DNA of 64,000 bases, taken from the NCBI GenBank assembly GCA_043228905.1, contig JBHGNT010000003.1, positions 620,001-684,000 of the forward strand, in the 5' to 3' direction. The notes under the pieces were generated by a model that had not been told where the DNA came from, searched no databases, and saw nothing but the letters and a program-made list of their open reading frames with translations. The DNA comes from Azolla caroliniana (lineage: Eukaryota; Plantae; Polypodiophyta). Position 1 is the first letter of the stretch. Every line of letters starts with the position of its first letter. This document shows positions 1 to 13,609 of this stretch, piece by piece. The position numbers and the translations under genes were made by a program.

Positions 1-29
1 ATGTGGTCTTGAAATTATTCTCAAACACC

Positions 30-545
30 AGTAACACGTGTACTCAAATTCATCCAAAAAACTTCACTTGCATCTTAAAGCAACCACATGTAAAAAAGGT
101 ATGGGAACAAAATCTTCATCCCGAGTCAAAACAAAAGTTGCATACAGCCCCACACCATTGACACAAAAATTATAGCCAAATTCATCCAAAACCTCAATTA
201 AAAACCCCTGCTTGCATCTTAATGCAACCCTGAGGAAAAGATGTGCTCAAATGAATCTTCCATCTCAAACGAAAATAAACATGTGATGCATACCACACCG
301 TTGTTGACATACAACTTGTACCCAAATACATTCAAACACCTAAATTAAGAACTCCCTGGTTGCATCTTAAAGCAACTGTATGGAAAAGACGTCTTGGACC
401 GAATCATCATCTCAAGCAAAAACAAATGTGTGAGGTGTCCCGCCTCATTGACACAAATCTTGTACCCAAAGCCTAAATTAAGAACTCTCCGACTGCATCT
501 TTAAGCAACCTTATAGGAAAGAAGCATTGGAGCAAAATTCATCTT
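30..545. repeat. Diverged tandem repeat, ~135-150 bp unit, ~4 copies (may extend beyond window start)
   Basis: Core (T/C)TGCATCTT(A/T)AAGCAAC recurs at ~68, ~211, ~360 and ~493. Each is accompanied by similar TTGACACA..TGTACCCAAA and AATTAAGAACTC segments. Confidence 0.75.
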
Positions 546-1074
546 CAGCAAACACTTGAGTAATGCACTAATTATATATGATAAGAACCTAAATTTCCTA
601 AATTAACATCCATAAACCTCATCTACCATATAGATCAAAGCAATATTATGACCATCAAAGTTGGATGGTCCACTACAACATTTTAATGTGTCAGCATGGC
701 TGATCTTTCGGCTTGCATTTGAAGAATACGAAATCATTTGTAATATTTGTAAGGATCTGGTCACCTGTTATACATCATTAAAAGATTTTGTTATACAAAT
801 CCCTTCAAGGCAACAAGCCAATTAGAAAATGGATAGACTTTCCATTCCCCAAACATGAATCCCTGTACCCCTATATCCACCATCACTCTTTGGCACCAGA
901 TATGAAAATTTCTTGGACTCAAGAAGATCTTTTGTTTCTTCTTTTCTAGATTTCCATCTTTACGGATATGTGGACCTACCTCCTGAGACAAAAGACAAGT
1001 GATCTGATGCATGCTTATGATTATATAGATTGACTATGATACAACATTTTTTGTCAGCAATTTAAAGCCACATA

Positions 1075-4000
1075 CTATGATGACACTATGTCAAGTCCAC
1101 CTAAAGTGATGACTTCTTGCCCTGTTTTATCCCAAACAACCTTTCCACAATATAATAGAGCCGCAGATGCACACAAAAGAGTCAATGGAACTCCAGCAAC
1201 ACAACCCCCAGGAAGAAGATTCACAAGTGTCTGCATAAGAAACATAAACAAGATAGTTAACCAATAAGAAGACCTCACATAGCACATAATCCTTCCCATC
1301 TTTCTGACTCACGAGAAAAGAGGCTGTGAAGTGCAATGCTGGAGGAAACAACTGGAGATTTTTCTTCCCATCTTCATAGCCGTTGAAAGCAATAATCATG
1401 GAGAAGGTGTGAATCACGAGGAAGGCTAGTGATATGAGTGCTGATAAAATTAAACAGAGGAACAAATCAATATATCATACTATCATTCACTCTCTCTCTC
1501 TCTCTCTCAAATCACCACCAAGAATGTTGAATGCTATAAATACTATAGGCCTAATTCACTCGCAAGTTTCGTATAAGTTGCATGTGAGAAAAGTGATCTT
1601 TGTGCCCATACCTAACTGTAATAAAATTACTTTAAGTCATAAGCTTGAATCTATGTCTCCATTCACAATTGGACCATCACATAGTAAAACTAACAAAAAC
1701 CTGAAGATAATTATTGCCTTCCATTTATGTAAACTAAGAAATGTGCAGCCAAACAGTTGTTGAGCCATATCTCTAAATAAATGACATAGTATGTGTTATA
1801 AAGCCCCTTTTCTACATTTATGAATCGTCTATTTTAGAGGGAATAAGGGAAACTACCTGCCACCATGAATAAAGGCATCTGACTGCAGGAATCCACATAG
1901 TATGTAGCTGGTCCAAATGAAGGAGTTAGAAGACTTAGACAGAAGAAAACTGCATGTGCTATTCCATGTCCTAAACCACCAGCTGCAATGACAAATTATC
2001 CAATGACCGATGTTTATTTTTATCTTATCTATGACTGGGATCAAGCTCTAATATGATATAATGCATAAAGTTTTTAGTTTACCAAGCGCGATCTGCATCT
2101 TTTCTGTGAACTGGAGTTGTGGCTTCAACATTTTTGCAGCCAGCAGATTTAAGAAAATCTCCACTTTCCTGTCAATATTTGAAAGCAAACGAAATTCTAA
2201 GACATTAAATGAAACTCTTACAGAAAACATCAACAAAAGAAATGCTAAGCTTGGGACTTAAAGAGACCATGTGCATACTTGTAGAGTTTCCAGAAAAGTG
2301 GTCTAACAGCTTCTTGGAAAGCAATACAAGTAAACAGTAGCACGAACAGCAATCCAGGAGAAGATTCTATCGGAAGGAATGCTCTCCAAACAGCTGACAA
2401 GATGATAAGACTTACTAGCCACACAAGAGCACTGTAATATCAAAAAATGTAGCATATTAACAGTGGAAAAAGGAAAGGATAAACAATATCTAGTCAATTA
2501 TTCTATGAAGCTCAATGAACCGTTGGGATCTTTTAGTGCCACACTATATACATTGGCAGCAGACAAAAGAACTTCAAAACTTCAAAACAGAGTCAGCTAT
2601 GTATGAGAGAGCACAGGAGTGTGAGGTGGGGAATTCCATGGATGGTCCAGTGATGCATCGCGATTTATAAAGGGATGATCATATGTGAGACATCATGACC
2701 AAGTACCTACATATAGGTATCTACCTACTCAGAGAAAATATCCTGCAACAGGATTGGGAAATCATACTAGGAAATGGTATCTGATACAAGATAGCTCAGA
2801 GAAAATCCTTTTTACCTCCATTGCTCATACAGATGCATTAGAAAATCGAGTTACCAAGAAAATGATTGACTGAAAAGCGTAGTATATAGTGGCTGTATCG
2901 TGTGTGGATTGTCCATCATTACTTTTCCAAGTAAAAGCAAGGGCTGTGCTTCACTTCCTCAATTTTATGTCTTTTCTGCTACGATATAAACCACCATGCT
3001 AACATCCAGAATGACTCTCACCGCGAGAGGTGGATACACAAAGATCCAACCAAGAAACATATCACTGGGTTTTTCTGAGGGATTACAGTATGGAGAGCAG
3101 AATGTGCCACACCATATAGCATTGTAAATGCTGTGCATCAATTGTACATCATTATTTTTCTGAGTAAAAGCAAGGGCAGTGTTTCACCTGGGCCCTTGGC
3201 TAATTGAGGACTCTTAGGTGGGAAATTTGAAACAAGGATACTGATGTCATTCTAGAGAGACCCATGAAAACCTTTTTGAGATGACTTAACGAGTGTGATC
3301 TCCCTTCATTCATATTCTTGTAGATCTCAGATAGGCATCTCCACAATGAATTAGTAGAACTATACCAGGCCTCTTGACTAGATATATTTCCTCTACACAC
3401 TGTTTTCGTTCCTTTATTTTTCCTTGTTATTATCAAATATCATCATACTTTCTATTTCTCCATCTTACTACCCAATCTCAATCATTTTAGAGATGTAACA
3501 TAATATTTTATGTCATCTCATATCTCTCTGTTAAATTCGTTTATATATTAACATGCCATGACAGAGCAATCATGAGGATGTTATGGCAAGATAACCACTC
3601 TAAGGCATTGGACATAACAGAAACTCCTCCAAGACAAGGTGGCTGCAAGATCAGTGAGAAAACAACCAAATCAAATTTCTTTTCAGCTTCTACATGTTGT
3701 GGTATTTTCTGGAGGCCATAAAACAAGAACCCATTTGTAATCGTCTGTTTGTAACATAGACAATAATACCTAAGGTAGTCAAACACAACCTTACACAACG
3801 GATAGGTTGAAAATCTGGCTCATTGAGCTAAAAATCCACTGAAAAAGTGACAAAGTATTCCCAATTAACGATGCCTAAAATCGCTACATGAAAACCCAAA
3901 TGGATTTAGCAATTGGGCAAGTAAGGATCTTATTTCTGGCATCCTCCTCGATCATCAACATAAAACATACCTGGCTAGAACAGTCAGGACAAGGAAGGGC

Positions 4001-4083
4001 TTCAATGCAATGACTGATACGAAAAGTGAGAGGGCAGGTCCGAGGGCCAGCAAGGCATAGCCAATACCAGCAGAGATCGCCAT
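1075..4083 (-). CDS. APH1: Gamma-secretase subunit APH-1 (6 exons)
   Basis: Exons 4083-3971, 2431-2279, 2168-2083, 1982-1857, 1440-1313, 1230-1075, all GT-AG and in phase. Translation [58 protein letters not shown]...[43 protein letters not shown]...[13 protein letters not shown]...[16 protein letters not shown] closely matches plant APH1 (GxGxG motif, conserved His). Confidence 0.95.
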
Positions 4084-4399
4084 CGCTAGAACTTTGCTTT
4101 CCTTAAGGTCGCCTTCGTCTCGAGAGAATGAGAAGATGTTCCCGAAACAAACATGAATGGGTTTTCCATAATTGCAACGGATGCCCCTACACATGTCCTT
4201 ATTTCCCCAATGCCCCCTCCTCCCAAAGAGAAGAAACTTTGTAGGATATGTATGAGATGAGTCTATATATCATTGTTGTAAGTAGCACATATAATTGAGC
4301 ATATACTTTGAGAGACGGCAATTGACTTGGGGCCATTCGTAAAAATAAAAAAACTTATGTCACGTGCATTAAAGAAGAACTCGGTCACAATTCCATTAT

Positions 4400-6200
4400 C
4401 GATTTCAAATCTACTCTCCTCATTCAATATGTAAATCTTTGGGTAGCATAAGATAATTTAGATGAGGTTGTAGTGTTTTCCGTCATGAATTGTAAGTTAC
4501 TAACGTTGGAAATTTTGGTTGAAAGAAAAGTTACTAAGGCTAGAAAAATGATTTGATGTGGCACAAAATCATGAATCTAGTGGATGATTAAGCTTGAGTG
4601 GAGAAGAAAACTTTAAAAAAAGAGGGAGTTAGTGATGAAGCATATATTGTCATAACAAACTAAAATGCTACTATTGTAGTAATGTCGACCACATTGAAAT
4701 GGATCATCTCAAGAAAATGAGTGATATTACCAACACTGACAATGAGAATTAGGAGGAAAACTCAATGGTAGAACACACTTATGGCGTAGACATATGCGAT
4801 TCTTTGACTCAAGCACATCCAATCATTTGACAAGTCGTGAATAATGGTTTCATGGCTTGTAGACATCGAAGACTTGGCTATGTGGAGATACCGGATGACA
4901 CTACAAACCCAATTCATCACATTCATGATGTTTCATCGGCAATTACTATAAACATTAAAAGTGTACCACTTAGTAAAAATGGAAGAGGTCATGTTGGGAT
5001 GATATGCTCCTCATTATAGAGGCACACTAAAACCCAAAGAAATGTAGAGGATTTTCAATGGAAGCCATTATACATGCAAACCACTAGATAAAGTACATTG
5101 TATTGAGTGGGATCACAATTTTCTTATAATCGACCTTAATCCACGTCGTCATGAAGCAATGCATGACAATGTATTACTATACATAATACAAGTAGCGGAA
5201 TGGGATGCAATGGCTATATACATGTGGATTCGGATCGAAATATGTAGAAGTAAACATCAAGGAGCTAATAGAGTCAAAGAAATTGAATCACCCTATAGTA
5301 ACGTCCTACCTAAGAGCATTATGCAATTCTCGAGTGTAGATGAGGTATTCCTAATGGGAAACTTCAAAGTCATGGCACAAAATAGACAATGTGATACCTA
5401 TGAATCAAAAGACCCAAACCGTGTATTTGATATCTTTGGAGGACTTAGAACATGTAGAAGCTTGATCAACTCAACATTTCACAACATGAGATATGGAAAA
5501 CATTTATTATAGCTAGGGTCTTGATACCACCCACTATCTACAATCATATTAACTAATGACCAAATTCTATGTGGCCCTATATGTTCCCCCCTAGGGAACA
5601 ATGCAAGAAAAGTTGACTATATCTTCGGCTCAAAGGAAGCCACCCTAATAATCAAAGGAAACATTATAATAAACCTTATCAACCAAAATTAACTCATCGC
5701 CCCAAAAAGAATTACAAGGTGTTTGAAGCATTGAAGCAAATGCCGACACAAAGCATACAAAGGGATCATGATAGTGGTTCAACAACAATGACATTGATAT
5801 CGAGAGTGTGCCATCCTTTCAATATTGTACACCTCTTCCAAATGACGAAATGAATAAGGTATTACAAAGGATGAATTTATATAGAGAAACCAAGGTACAT
5901 GGATGTCTACATGCCCCATTATGTTTGCAAAGCAATAGGCCAACTCAAAGTTTCCTCCCACCAACTACAAATCAAGGCCAAGGCCAGCTAGCTCTTTGCA
6001 TACCTAGAGGTGAAAGATTTTGCAAATTATGTGAAGGAGAGATTGAAAGGGATGAAACTTTCGTGTACAAGTTCCCAACTTTCAATCACATTAGAAAGAA
6101 GCATGCAACCTCCTCGCAAACTCCATCATTTGACAAATGATAGAGAAGTCTAATCCACAACATTTGGCCAAATGTTGTTCGGCATAGGGAATGAACCCTT
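4400..6200 (+). mobile_element. Highly degenerate LTR-retrotransposon remnants
   Basis: Broken frames carry gag knuckle-like CYYC..H (~4666), protease-like DS(S)TSNHLT (~4806) and FEALKQM (RT/RNase H connection-like, ~5722). Many stops and frameshifts. Confidence 0.4.
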
Positions 6201-6944
6201 CCATTAACTTGTGGGTTGTGATGATAACCGTACATCAATGATTTCTTCTATAGCTCCTTACCTCCACAGATAATGTGGCAAGGAGTAACCTTGAAACATG
6301 CAGAGCAGATGACGAAGGAGAATTCTGCAAGTAACAAGATATCACAAAATTGTGGAGATAATTGCCCACCATGGTTGATCCACACGAGAATAGAAAATGG
6401 ACTTGTTAAACTTCATCACCTCGTTATTTCACCACATCAACCACCATTAGATATGAAGTCCAATCACCACTTCCATAAATATTAGCTATGCACTTTATAT
6501 TTGCAAACTAACTCAAAATAATTCCACCACATGCATTCAAATAATGATCATATTGCAGAAGGCAACCTAAAGCTTTTATTTTTGTTTTGGTATGGATCAC
6601 ATGAATTTAACTGTATTTATAATCCTGATTTACCTTACACAAATTTTGGCCTCTAGTAAATGTTAATACATATTTCTTTTTCTCTCTAGACTGAATCACT
6701 TCCATTGCGTTGAGATCATGTTCATGGAAAGGGCTATCTAGACAACAATTAAGGTTCAAAAAAATCCTCAAATCAGCTTCCTAAGATCTCATAGGAAGGC
6801 AAGGTCATAAAAACAAAATCTTTTTCTATGACATAAAAGCTCTCGTTAAGTTTCTTAACAAAGCCAAGGTCATCAAGCATAAGATTTACTATTGCACCAC
6901 ATAGAGCTATTTATTGTAAAGTTGTGGGTTTGTGCATTAAACTA

Positions 6945-7400
6945 ATATTATCCAAGACAAATGTATCTCAGTGAAACCAATGCTATGAAGATCATCTTCT
7001 TTTGATGGATACGACAAATGCATCTTGATAAAGCCAATGCTACGAAGATCAACTTCTTCCTCCACTTCTTTTAATATTGAAGCTACACAAGGAAACCGAG
7101 GTTTTGATCATTCAACATTTTCCTTACCATAAAAAATGAATGGTTTTGGTTACCCATAAATACCCCATTTGCACATTTCACTCATTTCAAATCATCTTAA
7201 CAAGAATCAAATCTGTAAATTAATCTTATCCAAGACAAATGCATCTGGGTGAAGGCTAGGCTTTGAAGAGCTTTTTGCAGTCATCCTCTTCTTCTTATAA
7301 TGTTGAGATATACAGAATCTGAGGCTTCAATCATTCAATCATTCATGAACGTTCCCTTTGCCCATTTCTCATTTCAAATCATCTTGACAAAAATAAATAA
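6945..7400. repeat. Diverged local duplications downstream of the zinc-knuckle gene
   Basis: TCCAAGACAAATG(T/C)ATCT..GTGAA occurs at ~6951 and ~7229. CATTTC..TCATTTCAAATCATCTT occurs at ~7174 and ~7363. Confidence 0.55.
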
Positions 7401-7629
7401 CTGATTTATCTTGCAAACTATTATCATCTGAGATGAATGAAGAGCTTCTTTTTTTATCATAATCATCATGTTGTGATATACCTAAAATTTAATCATTCTT
7501 CATGTTGCAACGTTGAGCACTGAATGATTAAGCTTACTCCATGTACACATGATATAGTCAGCTCAAATCATCTTTAGAAAGATGATTATTGATTTATCAG
7601 GAAAACTGGTGTCACCAGTAGATCTACCT

Positions 7630-8646
7630 CTATGAAGAGCAGTCAATTGCATCATCACTATCATCATCCTCAGATGCTGAATTATGTGAGGCAGAAGTTG
7701 GCCTTCTAATTACTGTTGCAGAAGAAAAACGTGGTCTTTGAGTTATTTTTGTGGATAAAAAACTTGCTCTCCAATCTTTTCTTGCTGGAAAAGAAGAAGA
7801 AGACGAAAATCTTGCTCGTTGAGATTTTCTTACTTTTCTCTCTTTGATCCTGAAAACTTTCCCACCGCTTTCTGAGTCTGAATCAGAACTCTTCTCTACA
7901 AACCACTTATTTTCAAGAAACGTTTTCTTTCTTCTTCCACACTTTGCTTCTGAGCCTGATTCTGAGTAAATGCTTCTTTCTGAATCACTATCACACACTA
8001 AACTATTACCGCTACTAGCTGAACCGTATTTTTGTCTATGAAATAAATTATTTCTTCTTCTTCCACATCTTTTCAAAGCTTCAGACTCTGATGATGACAT
8101 AAGATTGTTTCGTAAAGAATGATCTCTTCTACTTCTTTCGCATCTCTGGGAACCTTCAAACTCAGACGAAGACGAAACGTTGTTTTGATCATGACGATTT
8201 CTTCTTATTCCATATCTATTCAAAAATACAAACTCTGATGAAGAAGAGGAAGAAGATTCATTCCCATTGCCAGTCGAGTAAGAGAAACTACTGACGGAAG
8301 AAAAGGATGATGAAGAAGAAGGAGAAGAATGAATCGAATAAGCGTCAGAATTTTTTATCCTTCTCTGATTTACCTTACTTTTTGGGAAATTTGTCTCTTT
8401 CGTTACCTCCTTCGGCAAGGATGGCAGATTCTCATGAAAACTTGGGAAAAGAAAGACGGATCGAGAGACATAAACCCTAGAATTCCTGCACTCAAAGGTC
8501 CAATGACCTCTCTGCAAGCAATAATGGCACTCTTTAATGCTTCCGCAAAGGCCTCTTCTTTCTCTTTCTTTCCTTTCTTCCTCCTCCCCTCTTTCACTCG
8601 TAACTCTCCGTTCTCTTCCTTTCAATTCCTTCTTCTCCGCGTTCAT
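7630..8646 (-). CDS. Ser/Arg-rich zinc-knuckle protein, ZCCHC10-like (zf-CCHC_3 type), single coding exon
   Basis: 338-aa ORF. CHYCLQRGHWTFECRNSRVYVSR matches the CxxCxxxGHWTYECxxxRxYxSR knuckle of ZCCHC10-like proteins and is followed by Ser/Arg/Asp-rich low complexity. Confidence 0.8.
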   Translation of the reverse strand: MNAEKKELKGRERRVTSERGEEEERKERERRGLCGSIKECHYCLQRGHWTFECRNSRVYVSRSVFLFPSFHENLPSLPKEVTKETNFPKSKVNQRRIKNSDAYSIHSSPSSSSSFSSVSSFSYSTGNGNESSSSSSSEFVFLNRYGIRRNRHDQNNVSSSSEFEGSQRCERSRRDHSLRNNLMSSSESEALKRCGRRRNNLFHRQKYGSASSGNSLVCDSDSERSIYSESGSEAKCGRRKKTFLENKWFVEKSSDSDSESGGKVFRIKERKVRKSQRARFSSSSSFPARKDWRASFLSTKITQRPRFSSATVIRRPTSASHNSASEDDDSDDAIDCSS

Positions 8647-8886
8647 CTTCTTCTCCGTCTTCTTCCCCTGCGACTAGAGATGAAGCTTCCATGCGATCTC
8701 TGACAATGTGTTAGCATTTCCTCGTCTTCCTGCAGAGAGCATCATCGTCGTTTCAAACATACGAAAGGAAGTTGAGACTGCGAAAAACAGACAGTTATGC
8801 TGGCTTTGTATTAATTCTAAAAAATGCCCTTACGTGTTGATGTAAATATACCCTTATGTTTTGATTAATTATAAATCTACCCCTCT

Positions 8887-8901
8887 ACACACACACACAC
8901 A

Positions 8902-8944
<43 letters not shown>
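8887..8944. repeat. Compound (AC)n(TC)n microsatellite upstream of the zinc-knuckle gene
   Basis: Direct reading of the sequence. Confidence 0.95.
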
Positions 8945-8946
<2 letters not shown>

Positions 8947-9935
8947 GGTTACATATGAGTAAGTTTTCCTCCATGAGTTAGGAGTGCATGTTCTACCCAC
9001 ATTTCGCAATAGTTTCTTCGTTGTTCCGTCAGGCTCTATCATAGTGCCATAGCCCCCCTTGATTCAATTACCTAGCATAGTAGACTCAGTTTCTCAAGAA
9101 CCCTCTTGTCCTATTCTTGCTCATGAAAAAAAGCGCACACATCCCATCTCTGGATAATAATAAAAAAGCAAGAAGTAGTTTTGTGGAGTAAATATAATAG
9201 CAAGTGCATGTTTTCGATTTACCGAGAACTCTTTAGTAAAAAAAGCAAATTTAAGAAATAATTCAATGGGACTACAATATGGGCAAAAGAGGGCGAAAAG
9301 CATAGGTTCAAAAGGGGTGTCAAAGAACCCGTGAGTTTTTCTTCTTCTTTTTTCCCTACGGAAGTGAAAGGAATGAGTTGGTGATGTGGTGGGGATGAGT
9401 TAGAGTGACATCATGCAAAGTGATATGGAAACCAAGGTGCGGGGCGAGAGTGGGGGAAGAGATATTTATAAAAACCGTCCGAAAGCAGATGTTATGAAGT
9501 CAAGAAAGAGATCTAAAAAACCAAGTGGCGAGAAGAAGAAGAAGAAGAAGAAGAAGAAGCACACGATGGCACCCGAAAAAGATGGATAAAAACTGTCCGA
9601 AAGCATATGGTAATGAGTCAAGAAAGAGACCAACAAAAAGCAAGTGGCGACAATAAAACAAGCACGCGACGCCCCCCGAAAGCGCGCAATCGCGATAAGC
9701 ATCAAGTGGGTGGGGGAAAAGTGCTAGAAAAAAGCAACAAACAAACAAAGAGGTAAAAGTTTAGAGAAACCATGATGTGATGAGGACCCACAAAGGTGGA
9801 CACTTGACTTCTAGGATAAGGGTAACCAAATACCATCAATTTGTGTGCGTGTATATATACGTGTGTGAAGGAACAGAGGGTTTGAATACAAAAAATAAAA
9901 ATGTTCAATCTCTTCTTTTGTAACATTGGATTTCC

Positions 9936-10018
9936 AATTGATTCCTATTAATTCTATATCACAATTGATCCATATTTAATTCTAGATCACGATTGATCCA
10001 TATTTACTTCTAGATCAC
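9936..10018. repeat. 3 x ~28-bp tandem repeat ~45 bp upstream of the 10063 ATG
   Basis: Three copies of (A/G)ATTGATCCATATTTAATTCTAGATCAC with few mismatches. Confidence 0.85.
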
Positions 10019-10062
10019 CACGTGAAGTTAGAGGGAGATTCGAATCTTATTGTGAGCTCTCC

Positions 10063-10557
10063 ATGACTCTGAAGAGAGCTATCTTGAATGTGGTTGCACC
10101 ATGCCTCCACACAAAGCCCATCAATAATATGCGCAGGATAGATAGCATTCTGGCAGATGGCTTAGAAACCATTCAAGAGGAGGAGGAGGAGGAGGAGGAG
10201 AGGAAGGAGTCTTCTCATAACAAACATGAAGATCCAAAGAAAAAGACATTGGAATCTGGTGGGATTCGATCTCACGACCACGGAGGAAATCTACACAATC
10301 CTCATCACGAATCGTTTATTTGGAGGCCACTATCGGCCCTTTCGGATTCGTATGTGCGGTTCATGTGTGATATGAGCGGTGCGGTCGGGAACTTGGGGTA
10401 TTCTTCACCCTACTACTCCCCCAATCCATGCATGGTGTTCGTCCCGAATGAGCCTCGATCCCCGACACGGCCTCGTGTTCATGATCCGCCCAATTGTAAG
10501 AAAAGGCCACCCTTATCATCTCTCAATCACCACAATCTCTTAACATCCAACGTGTGA
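10063..10557 (+). CDS. Small uncharacterised plant protein (164 aa)
   Basis: Intronless ATG ORF, CpG-retaining and GC-richer than its flanks. Contains LETIQEEE and FIWRPLSALSDSYVRFMCDMSG, resembling a P..L..ARD.YV..M motif of small uncharacterised plant proteins. Confidence 0.55.
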   Translation: MTLKRAILNVVAPCLHTKPINNMRRIDSILADGLETIQEEEEEEEERKESSHNKHEDPKKKTLESGGIRSHDHGGNLHNPHHESFIWRPLSALSDSYVRFMCDMSGAVGNLGYSSPYYSPNPCMVFVPNEPRSPTRPRVHDPPNCKKRPPLSSLNHHNLLTSNV

Positions 10558-11256
10558 GGGGGAGGTAGATCCCCATGGCTCCTTCACTTTTGGTTTATGG
10601 TTAGTTATACATGCGTCAGGGCTATCTAGAGACACTTCACAATTGGTGTCTAGTTATATACATAATTTAATGTACATCCTATCCTAGCCTATCCTTTGCA
10701 CACACATGAGTCATGACCATCGCACCTCCAAACATCGAAACTGGTTCGATTCCCGAGTGGTAATGGCTGTATAATTCATGTTTGGTTTATAGCTTGTAAT
10801 GAAATGTACATCCTACTCTAGCCTACTCTTTCCACACTCTCAACCATCACTTGTAAACATCAAAACAGATTCAATTACCGATTGCCCCAAGTTTTGTTCT
10901 CCATATCTATACATTCTTGACATTTGGTTTACCGGATTGTATCCTTTTCGCACTCATGCATGCACATCATTATTGATTCTTTGCTACATCATGTCTCCAT
11001 CAAGGTGATTTCCCCCATATGCTCCTCTTGCACATGATTAGCGTTCATAAATTTCAACAAACAACATTTGTCCATCAACACCCCCTCATTGCAAGGTGTT
11101 ATATCTATTGTGTCATATGATTGGGGAATTTGATAACACATTGTTATGGGCTTAGAAAATTCAAAAAGCATGCATGCTTGTTTTGAGAATCATGTACATA
11201 TATATGACCCTAGTTACTTATAATTTAAAATTCAATGCATACATATTTGTATAGCT

Positions 11257-11366
11257 TTTAACAAATTTCATGGTATGAAGATTAATTCACAATAGCTAGG
11301 ATTTTAGCATACCTTTAAACAAATTTCATGTTATGAAGATTAATTCACAATAGCTAGGATTTTAGC
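11257..11366. repeat. 58-bp tandem duplication
   Basis: ACAAATTTCATG(G/T)TATGAAGATTAATTCACAATAGCTAGGATTTTAGC occurs twice. Confidence 0.9.
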
Positions 11367-13609
11367 CCAAACCAGAAGAAGATTTAAGTATTAGTTGCTA
11401 TCTTATTAGAAACCAAACATGCTCTAAGTGATCGAGGTCCATTTCCTTCACTAGATTTTTGCTTTTAATTGAGAGAATTATTTTTCATCGTTTGGTTCCA
11501 CAACCATGAAGGACCATTATATTTCAAACATCACATTGTGGCTGCCCTATGTGTAGTGTTCTATGCTTCTCAAGCCCTACGTAAGTCACCACATAATGCC
11601 TCCCTTTTCATTTTGCAACAACACATGATCCTCTAACAATATGTTCATAATAGGCTCCTAGGAATGGAGAAGTTTCTTTGAGCCAACTCCATGCATTCTT
11701 TGCAACATTGCCATCTAATTAATCCAACCATCTATTTGACCCTCTTACTCCCATCATAATATAGTTGTTTACCATAATTTAGATGTGTTGTCTCGTGGGG
11801 CACCTATGAATATGTTATAGAGACTCGATATTATTTGTATTTTGATAGCAAGCGATACATACATGATAGAAAAGCAATTAGAAGTAAAGTAAGAGTTGCG
11901 AGACTTTTTAGATCGTAGTATCAAATCTAGTTCATTTAATCCTGAGAATGCACCTGCATGATCATATCATGCACATAGAATATTCTTTAAAGAAAATGAA
12001 CATTTAGAAATGTTTAGATCTAGGCATGAGATTCTAGTTTGTTTAATCTTAACTTTTAAGAATGCGTAAACATAATCCCATTAAGCACAAAGAAATATTC
12101 TACTAAAGAAAATAGACACTAATGTGAATGTTATGTGCTTCAAATTGGCGTTTTTTGAATACCTAGTTTTATAAGAAAGACGTCTTGGTTAGCATTTAAA
12201 TAATACGATGTCACACACTCTAATGTGATGCAAAATGGAGTATATTTAATTCTATCTAAAATAATGGTTTTCATCTTTTAAGTAGAACATGCTAGACTTC
12301 ATGACCAATGATTTATCTAGAACCATTCTACCCAATAGTTAGTGACAAGAGCAAAAACTATTGTCAATCACTCTAAACTAACTAATGATTACAAAAAGTG
12401 CTAAGAAAAATCACTCCAAAGTGTGTCACCACACTTCATTATTTAATAGCAAGTTAATTCAAATATGCATTTACTTAATGAACTTAAACCCATTAAACAC
12501 GTAAGACATATACTTTAGAAATGACAAATTTCTATTAATTATGGAGATTAAGCTTGAAAACTATATTATTTAAAGGCTTAGAGTAAATCACTTAGCACTA
12601 ATCCTCTAAGAACGTGAGAGAGAAAGAAATTTAAGAAAAGCTCAAGTCTAAAGATAAGAAGAAGAATCCTTGAGAGGAGTTACTTCATTAGGTTTTATAT
12701 CTTTTCACAACTTATGAGCATTTGTTTTTGTCCCCTTTCACACTCGTGGGTACACAATGCCCTTTTCTATATCATTCCAAATCTCTTCATCAATTAGCCT
12801 AGAATCCTTGGAAAACTCGGTCATGTTGCTTGCGAAGTAGTAGCGTGTGGCATTCCATGTGAACATTGATGGAGAGTTCAATCAATTGGCACTAGTGGAG
12901 TCCTTATTAAGGTCAAAAGTCAGGCTTGGATCACGCCTTCCACCAATTACCTTTAAATGATCCCATAATTCCTTAGGCAAATAGAAATATGTTCTCAAAG
13001 TTGTCACTCTCGAGAGTATAAAATGGCTCCTAGTCATGACCTTGAACGGAGTGTGATACCTCTAGTTAGGACCTTGAACGACACCCACAAAACACCTTGA
13101 AATGGTTAGGTATCGGGCATAAGACAATGGAAAAAAATAAGGGTACATGTATCGGCAATACACAATAATGGAGTACCAACGACCTCAATATCCTTTCCAC
13201 TCTTGCTATTGGCACAAGAAGACTGGTCCAAATCCAAGATTAATGATACTCTATGTAGACAAGCAACATGTTTTGTAACAAAAATAAGAGACGAAGACCT
13301 CATGAATGAACTAAAAAGGCATTGGAATAACACTGAATTTTGGTGCACCATGGATGAAGAGGAACCTCATCTCTAGCACATCCACCTGCGGACTATTATA
13401 GACACCCATCTAACTCCAGGTTTTTTCTATTTCTATGAGATGCAGGAAAGGGCGATTGAAGCTCACCGGATACCCCACAAACTCCACTCATGGATTTGGG
13501 CCATCATCCCATCAGTGAAAATGACTAGATGCCTAAATGGTGAGTGCTCTCCACTCACGACCTGTTGTGAAAAGCATCAGGAACAACTGGCACTCCCCCA
13601 TCCTATTCC

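Noticed and set aside
3955-4194. ORF-track N-terminal extension of APH1 (MCRGIRC...)
   Set aside because: Homology begins at MAISAG (4083). The upstream part has no family similarity and is probably 5'UTR or promoter.
8329-8703. 124-aa antisense ORF overlapping the zinc-knuckle gene
   Set aside because: Phe/Leu/Ser-rich by-product of the purine-rich sense strand, with no motif.
10743-10753. Perfect B-box GGTTCGATTCC suggesting a tRNA
   Set aside because: No A-box at proper spacing and no cloverleaf stems could be formed.
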